A DNA stretch of 64,000 nucleotides from the NCBI GenBank assembly GCA_029856125.1, contig JAHQWJ010000120.1:224001-288000 (forward strand), written 5' to 3'. Positions 9,731 through 19,452 of this stretch are shown in pieces (the stretch's first letter is position 1; every line of letters begins with the position of its first letter). The stretch is from Promethearchaeia archaeon. Its GTDB lineage: Archaea > Asgardarchaeota > Lokiarchaeia > Sigyniarchaeales > SOKP01. The notes beneath the pieces were generated by a model that saw only the letters and a program-made list of their open reading frames with translations, was not told the origin of the DNA and did no database searches. Both the position numbers and the translations under genes were made by a program.

Positions 9731-10747
9731 GTGTTAAAAATGAATCCAGAAGTAATTGCAATAGGTAGTTGTACACTTGATTGTATGCTACAAGTTAAGG
9801 ATATTCTTAGATTTGAGCTTTTAGATAAGGATCTTGTTAAAAAATATACAGCAATTGAATATAGTCACAAATTGAATGTAGATGGAGTTTTATTCGTTCC
9901 AGGAGGTTCTGCTGCTAATATTGCTTCAAATTGCGCAATGTTAGGCTTGAAAAGTGCTTACATTGGAGTAATAGGACATGATTTTTCTGCTGATATATGT
10001 TTAGATGATATGAAAAAGAGGGGTGTTGACTTGTCGCATGTCATTCAAACTGATGAGGATTGTACTGCTTTTTCTGTAATTTTAAAAACAGAATGGGGAA
10101 AAGATCGGAGTATTTTAGCATACAAAGGTGCAAATAACATGTTGAAACCCGAGGATGTAAAAGAAGATTTCTTTCAAGATATCAAAGCTTTTGCTTGGAC
10201 TTCCTTGACTACAGAAAATGGATGTAGAGCAATCGAAAAAGCACTTACTCTTACTTTAGAAAATAATGGAAAAGTATTCGCTGCTCCTAGCATGTCAATC
10301 ATTAAAAATAGTCCAAAATGGGCAAAAATTTTAATTTCTAACTCGGATGTAGTTTCCCTGAATAAAGAAGAAGCCCAAGAATTTACTGAAGAGCAAGACA
10401 CTGTTCCAATGATTCATAAATTTTTAGATATAGGAGTAAAATTAATATCAATTACAGATGGACCAAATGGATCTATAATTTCAGACGGTCAAAATATTGT
10501 AAATAGCTCGATTTACGAAGGTCCAGTTGAAGATACAACGGGTGCTGGAGACGCTTTTCTAACTGGTCTTTTAATATCTCACCTAAATGGATTTTCTTTA
10601 GAGAAGTCCTCTAAAATGGCAACGGCAATGTCCTATTTAGAAAGTAAGGAGATTGGCGTTCGAGAGGGTTTACCTAACAGTTTGAAAGAATTAGAAGATT
10701 TTATAAACAATAATCAAATAAAACAGATTGTATCTAAAATAATATAA
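9731..10747 (+). CDS. PfkB/ribokinase-family carbohydrate kinase
   Basis: GGSAAN, NKEEA, ITDGPNGS and DTTGAGDAF motifs. Confidence 0.92.
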   Translation: MLKMNPEVIAIGSCTLDCMLQVKDILRFELLDKDLVKKYTAIEYSHKLNVDGVLFVPGGSAANIASNCAMLGLKSAYIGVIGHDFSADICLDDMKKRGVDLSHVIQTDEDCTAFSVILKTEWGKDRSILAYKGANNMLKPEDVKEDFFQDIKAFAWTSLTTENGCRAIEKALTLTLENNGKVFAAPSMSIIKNSPKWAKILISNSDVVSLNKEEAQEFTEEQDTVPMIHKFLDIGVKLISITDGPNGSIISDGQNIVNSSIYEGPVEDTTGAGDAFLTGLLISHLNGFSLEKSSKMATAMSYLESKEIGVREGLPNSLKELEDFINNNQIKQIVSKII

Positions 10748-10842
10748 CATACAATTCTAATTACATTCCAAGTTTCATGTTAAAAGATTAAATTTTAATT
10801 TCTTAGTGTATTTTTCATATCACTAAGCATTTTAAATAAAAA

Positions 10843-10944
10843 GCGCTGCTAGTATAGTGGTTAGTATACTCCTCATTTAATAACTAAATGTGGGTATAGC
10901 AGGTTGCCAACTTGGTGACCCGGGTTCGATTCCCGGGCGGCGCA
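10843..10944 (+). tRNA. tRNA-Gly(GCC) with a 30-nt intron at non-canonical position 27/28 (10870-10899)
   Basis: Acceptor stem GCGCTGC/GCGGCGC, D-loop TAGTGGTTAG, anticodon stem C|CAGG-TTGCCAA-CTTGG restored on intron removal, T-arm CCGGG-TTCGATT-CCCGG. Confidence 0.9.
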
Positions 10945-10980
10945 TTCTTATACTAATTTTATATCTCATTTAAGTAAATT

Positions 10981-11589
10981 TTATTTTCTCACAATATAAT
11001 CAATCATTCCTCTCGTAGAATCTCTCTCGTATAGATATTCAATTCTGATTTGCTTATATATTATCTCATAATTTGAAAAATAGATATCCCCTTCGTCATG
11101 TTTGAAATATGTATGAGAAATTTGTTCTCCATCTTCGAATTGAGTAAAAATACCCGGGCTAGTTTCTTTTCCTATTCCATAACGAGAATCGTCTATAGAA
11201 AGCAAATTCACATAAATTAACCCCCTTTTTTTGACAACGCGAAGCATTTCATTAATTGCTACACCAATGTCTTCTTTATTCATATGAAAAATAGTATTAT
11301 AGGAATAAGCAAATCCATATGATTCTGATTCATAAGGGAGGCTCCTCATATCACCTTTAACAATATGAACTTTAATGCCCTTTTTTTTAGCGAAATCCTC
11401 TGCCATTTTCATACGCTCTTCTGAAATTTCGATTCCATAAGTATCAAATCCACTCATAGCATAAAGTGTGATTTTTGGGAATTTTCCACCCGCACCACAA
11501 TCAATAATTGTTTTTTCTACTTCAGCATCAAGGGTATAATCGAGAAATGTGTATAATATTGAAGGAAAAATATCTTGAGTCAATTTCAA
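10981..11589 (-). CDS. Class I SAM-dependent methyltransferase
   Basis: IIDCGAGG, GIEIS, GDMRSLPY, IFHM and EMLRVVKKRG motifs. Confidence 0.88.
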   Translation of the reverse strand: MKLTQDIFPSILYTFLDYTLDAEVEKTIIDCGAGGKFPKITLYAMSGFDTYGIEISEERMKMAEDFAKKKGIKVHIVKGDMRSLPYESESYGFAYSYNTIFHMNKEDIGVAINEMLRVVKKRGLIYVNLLSIDDSRYGIGKETSPGIFTQFEDGEQISHTYFKHDEGDIYFSNYEIIYKQIRIEYLYERDSTRGMIDYIVRK

Positions 11590-11653
11590 TCCACCTTTTT
11601 TAATTATACCTAGTCTAATTATTGCACCTTTTTAAAATCAAACACAATTATCT

Positions 11654-11675
11654 TCGTGAAAGGTGTGTTTCACGA
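11654..11675. promoter_or_regulatory. Perfect 8-bp inverted repeat (operator or hairpin)
   Basis: TCGTGAAA-GGTGTG-TTTCACGA in the intergenic gap upstream of the methyltransferase gene. Confidence 0.4.
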
Positions 11676-11694
11676 TCGGTAATATTAGATTTTG

Positions 11695-12540
11695 TTATAG
11701 AGTACTGAGAAAATTAGACACATTCGAAGATCTTGGAATTTGAACTTTAAAATAATTCTCAACGATTTCGTACAGAAAGTCGAGATACGGTAATTGGATT
11801 TTTACACCGTGAACATTTGCTAGCTCTTCAATTACCTTCTTAGAAATAAGCTTCTCTTTCTTTTTTAAATTTTTGACTCTTTCAACTATTGTTTCAGAAA
11901 GTTCGTAAGTTTTTTGGATTCCCTCATGTAAATAAATTAAACTTGGAATAGGTTCATATTCTTCTAAAAATTTTCTTACTAAAGATTTTTCAAAACTGAT
12001 ATTCTTTGGGTTAAGAATACCGTCGTTATCCTGAAGAATCAGGTTATTTTTTACTACAATGTAATCTTTATAACTCTCGAGTTGGTATTGATCTTCTGAT
12101 TCTACCCGTATAGACGCTTTAAAGGAATTTTCCATTATGTAATCAAAAAATTCGTGAATCTGATCTATCATAAATGTCTGATCAGTAAGCACCAATACTT
12201 TTCTCTTAAAAAAAATCGCTCGAATTATGTTTACTAATAAAGAAGCAATTAAATTAAGTTTGATAAGGCTCACGTCAATTGATTCTAATTGAGGGGTCGT
12301 TTCAGGCTCTTTATCTCGTGGGGTAGATATTTCAGGAAGCTCTAGTTGAAAATCTGCTATGAAGGTGTCTCTTACTGAAAGATTTTTATCGATGTAAGCA
12401 ACGAAAGAATGTTCACAAACAATTCCTTCCGAAATGTTTACTGCATAAACTCCTCTTGCGGCTTTTTCCACTGCTACCTCTGAAATTTCAATATATCCTC
12501 TACTTGAACAAGATGGGCATCGCACTTCGAGCTTTTTCAT
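11695..12540 (-). CDS. Hypothetical protein with N-terminal CxxC...CxH zinc ribbon
   Basis: RCPSC...VCEHSFVAYIDKN, followed by a linker and an alpha/beta domain. Confidence 0.75.
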   Translation of the reverse strand: MKKLEVRCPSCSSRGYIEISEVAVEKAARGVYAVNISEGIVCEHSFVAYIDKNLSVRDTFIADFQLELPEISTPRDKEPETTPQLESIDVSLIKLNLIASLLVNIIRAIFFKRKVLVLTDQTFMIDQIHEFFDYIMENSFKASIRVESEDQYQLESYKDYIVVKNNLILQDNDGILNPKNISFEKSLVRKFLEEYEPIPSLIYLHEGIQKTYELSETIVERVKNLKKKEKLISKKVIEELANVHGVKIQLPYLDFLYEIVENYFKVQIPRSSNVSNFLSTL

Positions 12541-12700
12541 TTATAAAAACCTAATTATTGTAACTCAAATCAATATTGGAGATTTTCTAGCAGTTACAAT
12601 TAAATTTTAAACAACCAATTATATAAAGTTTGACTGAGCAAATAAATAAAAATTATTATAGAATATGCAATTCTTTCAAGAATGTATAGTTTGTGAGTGG

Positions 12701-13192
12701 TTAATACCGATATACCTTTGCATATTTCTTTTCAATTAGGTTAGCTATAAGTAATGAGATTATTGCTGCTACATTTTCAGATATCAAAAATGACATTACA
12801 TTATCTAAAAAGATCAGACTTATCCCATAGGTACTAATAAATATAGCAGTAAAAATAGGAAAAACTATTATTATCGGCCTAATAACGGGAAAATATAGTA
12901 ATTTTCGAAATTTAGATAACTCTAGCCTTGACTTTTGAAATTGGCTCTTATTTTTCTTTCTTTTTTCAACTTGGACAAAAGACTCAAATATAATAACTAC
13001 GCCAAAAAATAGAGCAACAGTAGTGCCAATCGGTATTAATATTACTACTACATAATTTCCTACTCCCAGAATGAATTGAGCCAAGAATATAAACAAGACT
13101 TGGAAAATTCCACACGCTCCCAATAGCATTAGAGCAATTGGTATGTATTCCTTTGATGACCAGCGAAATCTTATCGGCATTTTAATCAACAA
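12701..13192 (-). CDS. Four-TM membrane protein of unknown function
   Basis: Four hydrophobic segments and a basic loop (EKRKKNK). Start possibly ATG at 13180. Confidence 0.7.
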   Translation of the reverse strand: MLIKMPIRFRWSSKEYIPIALMLLGACGIFQVLFIFLAQFILGVGNYVVVILIPIGTTVALFFGVVIIFESFVQVEKRKKNKSQFQKSRLELSKFRKLLYFPVIRPIIIVFPIFTAIFISTYGISLIFLDNVMSFLISENVAAIISLLIANLIEKKYAKVYRY

Positions 13193-13203
13193 TTTTTATA
13201 ATA

Positions 13204-13280
13204 TGGTGGGCCCGGCGAAATTTGAATTCGCGACCTTCTCCACGTCAAGGAGACGTCATACCGAGCTAGACCACGGGCCC
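13204..13280 (-). tRNA. tRNA-Val(GAC), CCA encoded
   Basis: Reverse complement GGGCCCG TGGTCTAGCTCGGTATGACG TCTCC-TTGACGT-GGAGA AGGTC GCGAA-TTCAAAT-TTCGC CGGGCCC ACCA forms a full cloverleaf. Confidence 0.95.
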
Positions 13281-13446
13281 GTGATTGATTTCCCTAATTT
13301 AAGTATAAAAAATACTAAAATTTGAGATAAATAATTTATATTATTAAAAAATAAATAATTTATTAGTTTTTTCTGAAAGATCATTAATCTAGTTAAACAC
13401 GACTAAGATCACTAGAAAAAATATAAAAAAATAATTAATGAAATAT

Positions 13447-14664
13447 TTAAGGTTTTTTTTCTCTTAAAGCTCTAACCATTGGAACATCTTTTCCTGATAG
13501 TATTTCTAGCATAGCGCCCCCACCAGTAGAAATAAAGGAAACTTCTTGAGCATGACCGGACATTTCTGCTGCAGTTCCCATTTCTCCACCTCCAATCACA
13601 GAAAGAGCTCCTCTATTTTTAGCAGCTTCAGCCATAGCTTTAACCATGTCAAAGGTGCCTTTTCTAAACACTTCTTTTTCAAAAATACCAGGTGGTCCGT
13701 TAGCAATAATAGTTTTTGCATCCATTATAATTTCTGTGAATTCCTCTGTAGTTTTAGGGCCTATATCACCAGTTACAGCATTATAATCCTTTAATTCGTC
13801 GATGCCAATTGCTTTTCTGCTACCATTGTCATCAATTACTAAATCTTTAGGTAATATGATCTTGTCTTTAAATTTCTCGTAAGTATCCTTAATGTCATCC
13901 TTTGCTTTCTCTAAATCTTTTGCTATTGCTCCTCGGTTTGCTTCTCCAGTATCAACTCCTATAGCCTCCAAGATTAATATAGCTGTTAAACCAGAGCAGA
14001 GTGCGTAATCTAATTTTTCGTTTTCAAAATTGAACTTCATGGCTTTAAACTTATCTATAGCTTTAGCTCCTCCAATAAGCATAATCATTGGTTTTTCGGG
14101 GGACTCTAAGATTTTAGTCATGTATTCGAACTCTTTTACGGTTGTGGGTCCTGCGATTAATGTTGGCCACCCAATTATCGAGGGTTGTGCTCTATGGGCT
14201 GCTCCAAATGCATCTGCGATGAAGTAGTCGAATAGTGGTGATAATGTTTTAATCATCTCCAAGTTTGCTGCTTCAGAAAAGTCCTTAAATTGTTTAGTTT
14301 CAAGTTCCCACATTCGTACATTATTGAGGACTAATACTTCGCCTACTTTAAGATTCTTTATTGCATTAATTGCTTTTTCTCCGAATATATCCTCAACGTA
14401 TTTAACAGGGCGATCTAACAGTTTCCTTATTTCTTCCGCGTGTAATTCTAAAGAGGTGAAATCTTTCTTTCCTGGTCGAGATTGGTGTGCCATAATTACT
14501 ACAGCACTCTCTTTAAGTTCTTCTAATGAGGGGATTAGAGCGTGAATACGAGGGGATTCGCGAATTCTATTATTTTCAACATCGATATTAGAGTTAATAT
14601 CAACTCTCATCAAAATTTTCTTTCCTTTTAAATCAACATCTTTATACGATTTATAATCAAACAC
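13447..14664 (-). CDS. pgk: Phosphoglycerate kinase
   Basis: MRVDINS, AHQSRPG, DAFGAAHR, IGGAK, DIGP, NGPPGIFE and STGGGA motifs. Confidence 0.96.
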   Translation of the reverse strand: MFDYKSYKDVDLKGKKILMRVDINSNIDVENNRIRESPRIHALIPSLEELKESAVVIMAHQSRPGKKDFTSLELHAEEIRKLLDRPVKYVEDIFGEKAINAIKNLKVGEVLVLNNVRMWELETKQFKDFSEAANLEMIKTLSPLFDYFIADAFGAAHRAQPSIIGWPTLIAGPTTVKEFEYMTKILESPEKPMIMLIGGAKAIDKFKAMKFNFENEKLDYALCSGLTAILILEAIGVDTGEANRGAIAKDLEKAKDDIKDTYEKFKDKIILPKDLVIDDNGSRKAIGIDELKDYNAVTGDIGPKTTEEFTEIIMDAKTIIANGPPGIFEKEVFRKGTFDMVKAMAEAAKNRGALSVIGGGEMGTAAEMSGHAQEVSFISTGGGAMLEILSGKDVPMVRALREKKP

Positions 14665-14814
14665 TTAATCTCACTCTATTTGATTTTGGTTATAATAAAT
14701 GGTAATATATTATATCAAAAAAAGGTTTCAAATGTTCATTTGGAAATTTACAACTCTATGTTAAACTTATGATACTATAAAAGAAGCAATTTTTATCCCG
14801 ATTAATAACCAATT

Positions 14815-16965
14815 TTACCGAAAATATTCTTTTACAACAAGCTTACAGAACTGCGTCAATTTTTCCGCTAGATCTGTTCTATCTGATGATTTTGTTAAAA
14901 TCCAGTTGTTGCCATATAGTTTGTTTAGATAATCTCCTTTTGCATCAATTGAAAAAGCATAGACTTTAAATTTTTTTTTAACATCTTGAATCTCCTTTAT
15001 TGCATCATTCAATCCATATTGAGTACCTGCAGGTTGACCATCCGAAATCATTAAGATTAATACATTCTTTTCCAGTTTAGCTGCTTCATGTTTTAGTGAC
15101 ACTCCATCTAAATTGCTCCCAATGCGTTGATGGCGTCCAAATTTATCAAATTTTTTAATATCTGGGTATTCTTCAAAATCCTTTAATTGAATATTTAAGG
15201 CGTCATATTCGCCAGTAAAGAGTACGATACGCAATTGAGCAATTTCATAGAGGGATTCACATAACATTACCATAGCAACTTTGGCTGCTTCTAATTTAAT
15301 TCCTGCCATACTTCCACTGATATCCACCATCATTAAGATTTTTAATTCTTTTTGAGTTAATTTTCTCGTGAAACACTTATTATATTTAAAATCGCTCGTA
15401 ACTGCTTTAATAAACTTATTGTTTAATCGTCCTCTTTTTTGAGAGTTGTCAACATCATTTTGATTTCTCAAATCTTGAAATAAATACTTCAACTTAGTTA
15501 TTATGTTGTAATGTGTTTTCACGATTTCATTGTACGATAATCCTATTGATCTCATATCTTCATTTTCAATATACACATCATTTACCTTTCTTTCGGTCTC
15601 ATTAAATTGGTCTTGATTCTCAATTAACAAGAGCCTTCCTTCCATAGCAGTTTGAGAATCAGACACTAATTTACTAATTTCACTAATGAAATCCTCATAT
15701 TTCCGGGAGTTGTTGTCATTTTGATTCTCGTTATTCAAAATCGCAATTAAATCCTCAATTTCAACAGCTTTCAGATTCTCGTTATCTTGACATAATATCT
15801 TTAATTTTTCATTGATGTCTAATTGCTTAAACTCATCATTGCTTATATCAAATTCATTAGATTTAAGAGTTTCTTTGAGGTAGTCTTTTATAGAATCAGA
15901 TTTTGAATCTCGTTCAACCTCTTCTATCAACTTCTCAATATCTGCTGTGTTTAGATCTAAATCTTTAATTTTTTCGATTACTTTTTCACTGGCTGAACTT
16001 AATTCTGATGATTCTAAATTCTTGCCATGTTCGATAAATTCTTCAAAATGATTTATTAGAGGTTCGAGCTCTCCAGGTGAATTATGATGATACTCTCCTT
16101 CTTCAATATTGTCGTAAAGGCAAGGATCTTCCATGAAATCGGAATCTTGGAGATCTTTTAAATAAGTTTCATAATTTTCTCTTTCCATAATTTCAGAAGA
16201 TTGATCATAATCTTCAATGTCCTCTGATTCATAGTAATCATCGTATTCTGGCTCGTAAATTCCTGTGTCGCTTGCTCTATGTGGAGGTATTCTATCCCTA
16301 CTTATTTTTTTTTTCATGTAAAACTTCTTTAAAACTTTACATAATTGATCAATCGTAATTATAGACGAAGCGGGCGTTAGCGACTTCAAGAGAAATTTTT
16401 TTGCCGTGATAATCACACGCCAATCTTCTTCGCTCATATTTCGCGTTCTGAATTTCGGCTTCTTTTGAAATCCTTTGTAGTTTTCCATATATAAATTAAT
16501 GTAAATGAGCAAGTCTCCTGAGCACTTCATTTTAAGGATTAAATCAGGAAGTAGCTGTAGTGTGAATGCTCGCAAATTTTTGTAGAATCCGGGGAATTTT
16601 ATACTGTTTAAAGAATTAACTCTTACATCTTCTACAACATTGATAACTTGTTTTATGAAATATTGTGGTAGGTCGTATTTTTTTGAAAAAATGTCAATGA
16701 GTTTTATAAAAGATAATTCAAATGAACCATAACCTATGTGCCCACTTTCATGAGCGACTAAACCTTGGGCTGAAGTTATATCATCTTTTATCTTTTTTGG
16801 TAAATATATAAACCTTCCATCAGTAAAAGTGAGCAGCGAATTCTGGTTAAATTCAATATAAATATCTTTCTTTCCACTTATCCTTTTGCCGATATTAATT
16901 AGAGCAAATAAATCTGAGAAGAAATCTTTTTCAAAAAGGTCATACAAAGCTGATAAATTGATCAC
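14815..16965 (-). CDS. vWA/MIDAS protein (CobT/NorD-like partner of a MoxR ATPase) with HExxH N-domain and acidic linker
   Basis: FTDG, AHESGH, NVVEDVRVN; D/E-rich middle; C-terminal VDISGSM (DxSxS) and ISDGQP. Confidence 0.85.
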   Translation of the reverse strand: MINLSALYDLFEKDFFSDLFALINIGKRISGKKDIYIEFNQNSLLTFTDGRFIYLPKKIKDDITSAQGLVAHESGHIGYGSFELSFIKLIDIFSKKYDLPQYFIKQVINVVEDVRVNSLNSIKFPGFYKNLRAFTLQLLPDLILKMKCSGDLLIYINLYMENYKGFQKKPKFRTRNMSEEDWRVIITAKKFLLKSLTPASSIITIDQLCKVLKKFYMKKKISRDRIPPHRASDTGIYEPEYDDYYESEDIEDYDQSSEIMERENYETYLKDLQDSDFMEDPCLYDNIEEGEYHHNSPGELEPLINHFEEFIEHGKNLESSELSSASEKVIEKIKDLDLNTADIEKLIEEVERDSKSDSIKDYLKETLKSNEFDISNDEFKQLDINEKLKILCQDNENLKAVEIEDLIAILNNENQNDNNSRKYEDFISEISKLVSDSQTAMEGRLLLIENQDQFNETERKVNDVYIENEDMRSIGLSYNEIVKTHYNIITKLKYLFQDLRNQNDVDNSQKRGRLNNKFIKAVTSDFKYNKCFTRKLTQKELKILMMVDISGSMAGIKLEAAKVAMVMLCESLYEIAQLRIVLFTGEYDALNIQLKDFEEYPDIKKFDKFGRHQRIGSNLDGVSLKHEAAKLEKNVLILMISDGQPAGTQYGLNDAIKEIQDVKKKFKVYAFSIDAKGDYLNKLYGNNWILTKSSDRTDLAEKLTQFCKLVVKEYFR

Positions 16966-16994
16966 CTCACTTACTTAAAGATTAAAATATTAAC

Positions 16995-18242
16995 TTAATC
17001 TAACACTGGACAGTTTCGCCTCATGAAATCCATTAGATCTTTATTCTTATTTCTATATAGCCACTTTATATAACTAAATGTTATTTCTCCATTGCAAAGG
17101 TGGTTATGTCCCATATTTTCCTTATAAACCTTATGATACCCAAGTTTTTCAGTTAATTGTATGTAGTCTTTTAAAGATGTCCTATGCTGTTGCCAAAACC
17201 AATCGAAAAATTTCCACATAAGACTTCCGTTTTTATTTTTATACTTACCATTTCCTAATTCAAACACATACTTTTCCACTTTACTTTTAAAATTGCTAAT
17301 AATTTTGGCTTCAGGAGCTCTCGGAGAAATTAAACCCGTCTTTATACCTGATTTAGCATCAAAATTAGGGACTAGATATTTCTTTAAGTTGTCTTCAAAT
17401 AGTTTTCCATCCAGTATCATCGCTATACTTTTTTTTTCTTCTTGATTCTCACCTAATTTATTGATGATAACATTCTCAATATTATATCTTAAATAATCTG
17501 AAGACATATTTGATACAATTAAGCAGAAATTAACAATTAACCTGGTAGAGAATATTTTAGTTATCGAAAAATCTTTTATTGCTTGCTTTCTGATCTGTCT
17601 AGCAGCGTCTACAACGGTTTCAGCAACCATTTTTTTACATCCTGATAGTTTAACAGCAATTTCGATCTCTTTCTGTTTTGTGGGATATGTTATTTCAGGG
17701 CAAACTAAGAAACGATCTTCAAATGCTTCTTGAAGTTTATTAATTCCTAATACACTCTTGTTCATCGTTCCAATAATTACAAGTTTACTCGTTTCTTTTA
17801 AGCTACACCTTTCAAATCCTTTCGAAATCAAGTTGATATGGCTTTCTGAGAGAAGGGAATTTAACGAGATTTGCTCACTTTCTCTAATCGCATTTATTTC
17901 ATTTATAACAATAAAAGATATACCGTTCTTGTTTGCGTCTTCTATAGCCCTCGTCAATGGACCATGATTAAACTTAGTATTGCCGTTAAACAACTCCCAA
18001 TTCCCTTCGATGTCTCGTCTATCAAGATCTGGTGAACCATCAATTATAAAATATGAAGAATTGAACTCCTTAGCAAGAGATGTTGCTAAAAGAGTTTTAC
18101 CCGTTCCAGGAGGGCCATGTAATAAGATACCAACACATCTGCCTTTCCCTAGAGAATTAATTAAAGCCTTCAAATAGTCAAATTCATTTCTTTGCTGAAT
18201 GTATTCAATATTTCTATTAATCGCTAAATCTGAAAAATTCAT
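16995..18242 (-). CDS. MoxR-family AAA+ ATPase (CbbQ/NirQ/NorQ-like)
   Basis: LLHGPPGTGKT, GPLTRA, VINEIN (Walker B variant), GTMN, AFEDRF, STR; AGGAGG RBS upstream. Confidence 0.88.
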   Translation of the reverse strand: MNFSDLAINRNIEYIQQRNEFDYLKALINSLGKGRCVGILLHGPPGTGKTLLATSLAKEFNSSYFIIDGSPDLDRRDIEGNWELFNGNTKFNHGPLTRAIEDANKNGISFIVINEINAIRESEQISLNSLLSESHINLISKGFERCSLKETSKLVIIGTMNKSVLGINKLQEAFEDRFLVCPEITYPTKQKEIEIAVKLSGCKKMVAETVVDAARQIRKQAIKDFSITKIFSTRLIVNFCLIVSNMSSDYLRYNIENVIINKLGENQEEKKSIAMILDGKLFEDNLKKYLVPNFDAKSGIKTGLISPRAPEAKIISNFKSKVEKYVFELGNGKYKNKNGSLMWKFFDWFWQQHRTSLKDYIQLTEKLGYHKVYKENMGHNHLCNGEITFSYIKWLYRNKNKDLMDFMRRNCPVLD

Positions 18243-18543
18243 CTCCTCCTATTAATATGAATCCTAATTAAATTTAGGAAAATAACATTAGAATGATGTT
18301 GCTGAATATTGATTTTTGAATTTAAGGTAATTTATAATTGGTATACTAATGTATTTAAAAACTCACACCATCTTGAATTTCAAATAATTCTGAAAAATCT
18401 CTTAAAATTTAGAGTTTTAACCCTATTTATATGAAAATGTTAAAAATAATATGTTGGAACATATTTCTAAATTTATTAAGGCTAAAAGATTTTCATGAAT
18501 ATAGAGATTTGAACATTAATTCTTATGAAATTTAGTTAGGTGA

Positions 18544-19329
18544 ATGAGAGTGGATGATATCAGAGCAATATTAAATCGGTTGTTAAAAAAAGAGTGCTCA
18601 ATCGAAGAAGCTGAAAAATTGTTAAAAGCAAATGCTATTGAAGAGGTTGGAAACATTGCCAAATTAGATATTTTTCGAAAGTTACGTACTGGCGTTGTTG
18701 AGGTTATTTATGCAGAAAACAAAACTGCTCAGATGATTATAGAAATAATTTCTACCTTCTTAAAAAAAAATAAATTTGCCATTGTATCTAGGTATAAGGA
18801 CGATCAGAAGGCTTTAATTTTGAAAGAATTTGGTGGTAAAGAAGAATTATCATTAGTTGTTAACGATTTGGCTAAGATTGTAATAGTAAAAGAAAAAGAC
18901 TTAATATTTGAAAAGAAGGGTGGAAGAATTGGCATAATTTCAGCCGGAAGTTCAGATATCCCTATTGCTGAAGAAGCTAAAGTAATTGCAGATTCAATGG
19001 GATGTGTTGTATTTACTAGCTACGATTTAGGAATTGCTGGTATTCATCGTCTCTTTAAACCTCTCAGTGAAATGATTAAAGAAGATATTCATGTAATAAT
19101 TGTGTGCGCAGGGATGGAAGGAACCTTGCCTGGAATTGTTGCAGCCCTCGTTGACATTCCTGTAATCGGAGTTCCCATATCTAGCGGATACGGATTAGGG
19201 GAAAAAGGTATCGGTGCTTTAACAACGATGCTTCAATCGTGCTCACCAGGGTTATTAGTAGTCAACATTGACAATGGGTTTGGAGCAGGTGCCTCTGCAG
19301 CTTTAATAGCTAATAGCATCGCAAAATAA
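18544..19329 (+). CDS. larB: Nickel-pincer cofactor biosynthesis protein LarB
   Basis: R..RTGVVEVIYAENK, SAGSSD, DLGIAGIHR, AGMEGTLP, PVIGVP, SCSPG, VNIDNGFGA. Confidence 0.93.
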   Translation: MRVDDIRAILNRLLKKECSIEEAEKLLKANAIEEVGNIAKLDIFRKLRTGVVEVIYAENKTAQMIIEIISTFLKKNKFAIVSRYKDDQKALILKEFGGKEELSLVVNDLAKIVIVKEKDLIFEKKGGRIGIISAGSSDIPIAEEAKVIADSMGCVVFTSYDLGIAGIHRLFKPLSEMIKEDIHVIIVCAGMEGTLPGIVAALVDIPVIGVPISSGYGLGEKGIGALTTMLQSCSPGLLVVNIDNGFGAGASAALIANSIAK

Positions 19330-19452
19330 ATTTTCCATCTAAGAGTTTCTTCTTAATATTTGTAAGAGATTACAAATTTAGTATATTTTTATACCAAGTT
19401 AATTTAAAATTATTATATCTTAATATATAATTTTAAAAACTATAATAAAAAA

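Noticed and set aside
10843-13280. Integrated element between the two tRNA genes
   Set aside because: No integrase and no duplicated tRNA 3' end (att site) seen; intervening genes have host-like composition.
13143-13325. 60-aa ORF
   Set aside because: Lies antisense across tRNA-Val; spurious.
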